A DNA stretch of 64,000 bases, from assembly GCA_002633005.1 (NCBI GenBank), contig NMRA01000131.1, positions 111,798-175,797 of the forward strand, read 5' to 3'. The notes under the pieces were generated by a model that did no database searches, was not told where the DNA came from, and saw nothing but the letters and a program-made list of their open reading frames with translations. The stretch is from Phoronis australis (taxonomy: Eukaryota; Animalia; Phoronida). Positions within the stretch are counted from its first letter, which is position 1. Each line of letters begins with the position of its first letter. The translations under genes were made by a program, and so were the position numbers. Of the stretch, positions 62,512 to 64,000 are shown one piece after another.

Positions 62512-62580
62512 ATGTCTTCGTTACTGACTCCAGAAGATTTAACTGCTTCTAAACTAAGTACTCCTGACCTCATTCAACAG
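62512..62580 (+). CDS. Possible first coding exon of an unidentified gene divergent from SYNJ2BP
   Basis: AAAATG context, 23 open codons (MSSLLTPEDLTASKLSTPDLIQQ) ending in CAG|GTAAT. No downstream exon found in the window and the protein is not recognised. Confidence 0.3.
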
Positions 62581-64000
62581 GTAATCAATGTGTTGTTTTT
62601 AACTTTTGATGAAATACTGGCAGTGAATCAGCAATTCTAATCGCTTTTTATAGGCGTAGTCGTAAAGACTTGAGTCTTGAGTTCTGACTTCTCATCTGCC
62701 CTGGTTCTATTCAATCAATCTTTATCAATGACAATGTTTTGGCCGACTGGCTACTCATACAGTCATATAGACAGTGCCACTGTTTCGAACTTCCTGCTTC
62801 AGAAGCTTTATACGCCAGACGTGTTTCGGCGAACTTTGCCTCATACTGATTAAAACATCAAACTCATGTTAAGCACAGGCGTCCTCAGCTTCTGATCGTC
62901 CCCAATACACTACATATAATACTACAAGGTATGACACTCCCGACTAGAAATTCCACGGGTGTTTCACTTCAGCCGTCCATAGCAAATGTAAAACTCAATA
63001 AATTTACACAAAACAGAGGTTCAACAAACCAGGAAGAGTTGTTCTTTCTCCCAATACCATTCACGGTGTCCTGTTGTGGTGACTTCGTAAGAAATTCGCA
63101 GTCAAAGAACAAAAATGTTCACAAAAAGCTCCCACACACCTTCATCGTGGGCCGCTCGAGGTCAAGGACGGTACGGAAATTGCCAAATTTATCTCTGAAC
63201 AGACCCCAAACTACTGCCACGAACCTTGATAAGTTGGCCTGCCGAACTTTGTAGGCTGCGGTGTGTCCAAATACCAATAAATCCATAGTGAAATAAAATA
63301 AAAACGTTTTTAAAGATCTAAATTGATACAAAATAGGTTTTTTTGTCTTTAATTTTCCAGTTACTAAACTTTTTTTCGAGAAGCCCTTCATTCAGTTGCC
63401 CAAATAGGCAACTGAATGAAGGAATGTGACTATATGTTAATCAATGTGAGGCATAATTTTCTGAAAAGCTTCTGGCCAGTTGAGACAGGACACAGGTCTG
63501 ATTCAGTGGTCCCTGACTTAGAAAACTAGGCAATCACCGAGTAATGAGGGTTCATTATTTAGTGGATGAAGGTGGTTATCTAAATCTGGGACTGCTATCT
63601 GACCATTGCCCATAACATAGACAGTGCCGTACACTACCACCGTCAACTAGCCCCAGAAGAGATGGTACTGTAGATCATCCCATAGGCCCTCCATACGCCC
63701 GAAGCTTTTTGGCGAATTATACCTTTTGTGCTTAGAAGGAATCCTTAGGAGGCTGTTGATGTCTGTAACTCTTCCCAGCTCATGCAAATACTCCCACAAT
63801 CAAACATTTTTGCGATCAGTCTTTCCCGCAATAAACGACAGATAATGTTGCTGTGTACCACCAGATGGAGCAGGCGATTGATTTTGTTGATGTTGGTGAC
63901 AAGTCGTCCAATCATTGCAACACTAGTGACAGCAGTCAATTCAACAATACCAAACTTTGTTATGTACCTAATTGAAGATCACTTTATGTCTTGGCTATTA

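Overview
AT-rich, intron-rich animal genomic DNA (probably an invertebrate; the taxon cannot be fixed from the sequence). I reconstructed five conserved genes by hand from splice sites and reading frame: KCTD3/SHKBP1-like (minus, 13 exons, 3' end runs off the left edge), a divergent ITPK1 inositol-tetrakisphosphate 1-kinase (plus, 10 coding exons), COA4/CHCHD8 (minus), a C19orf47 homolog (plus, 9 exons) and SYNJ2BP/OMP25 (minus, 3 exons). A sixth gene may begin at the right edge. The genes form head-to-head pairs. The introns carry many mobile elements. The clearest is a 3.3 kb TTAA-flanked Kolobok-type DNA transposon with a decayed, intron-containing P2X7-ballast/KolX-like gene. Others are an inverted Penelope-like repeat pair with degenerate minimal hammerhead ribozymes, Helentron/HINE-like elements with arrays of CTCF-like motifs, a HIRAN-domain relic, a 927 bp foldback element, tRNA-derived SINEs and an RTE LINE tail. 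A recurring oddity is short tandem duplication centred on splice sites or on the ITPK1 start codon (five cases). All calls come from manual reading and recalled protein sequences; no searches were run.
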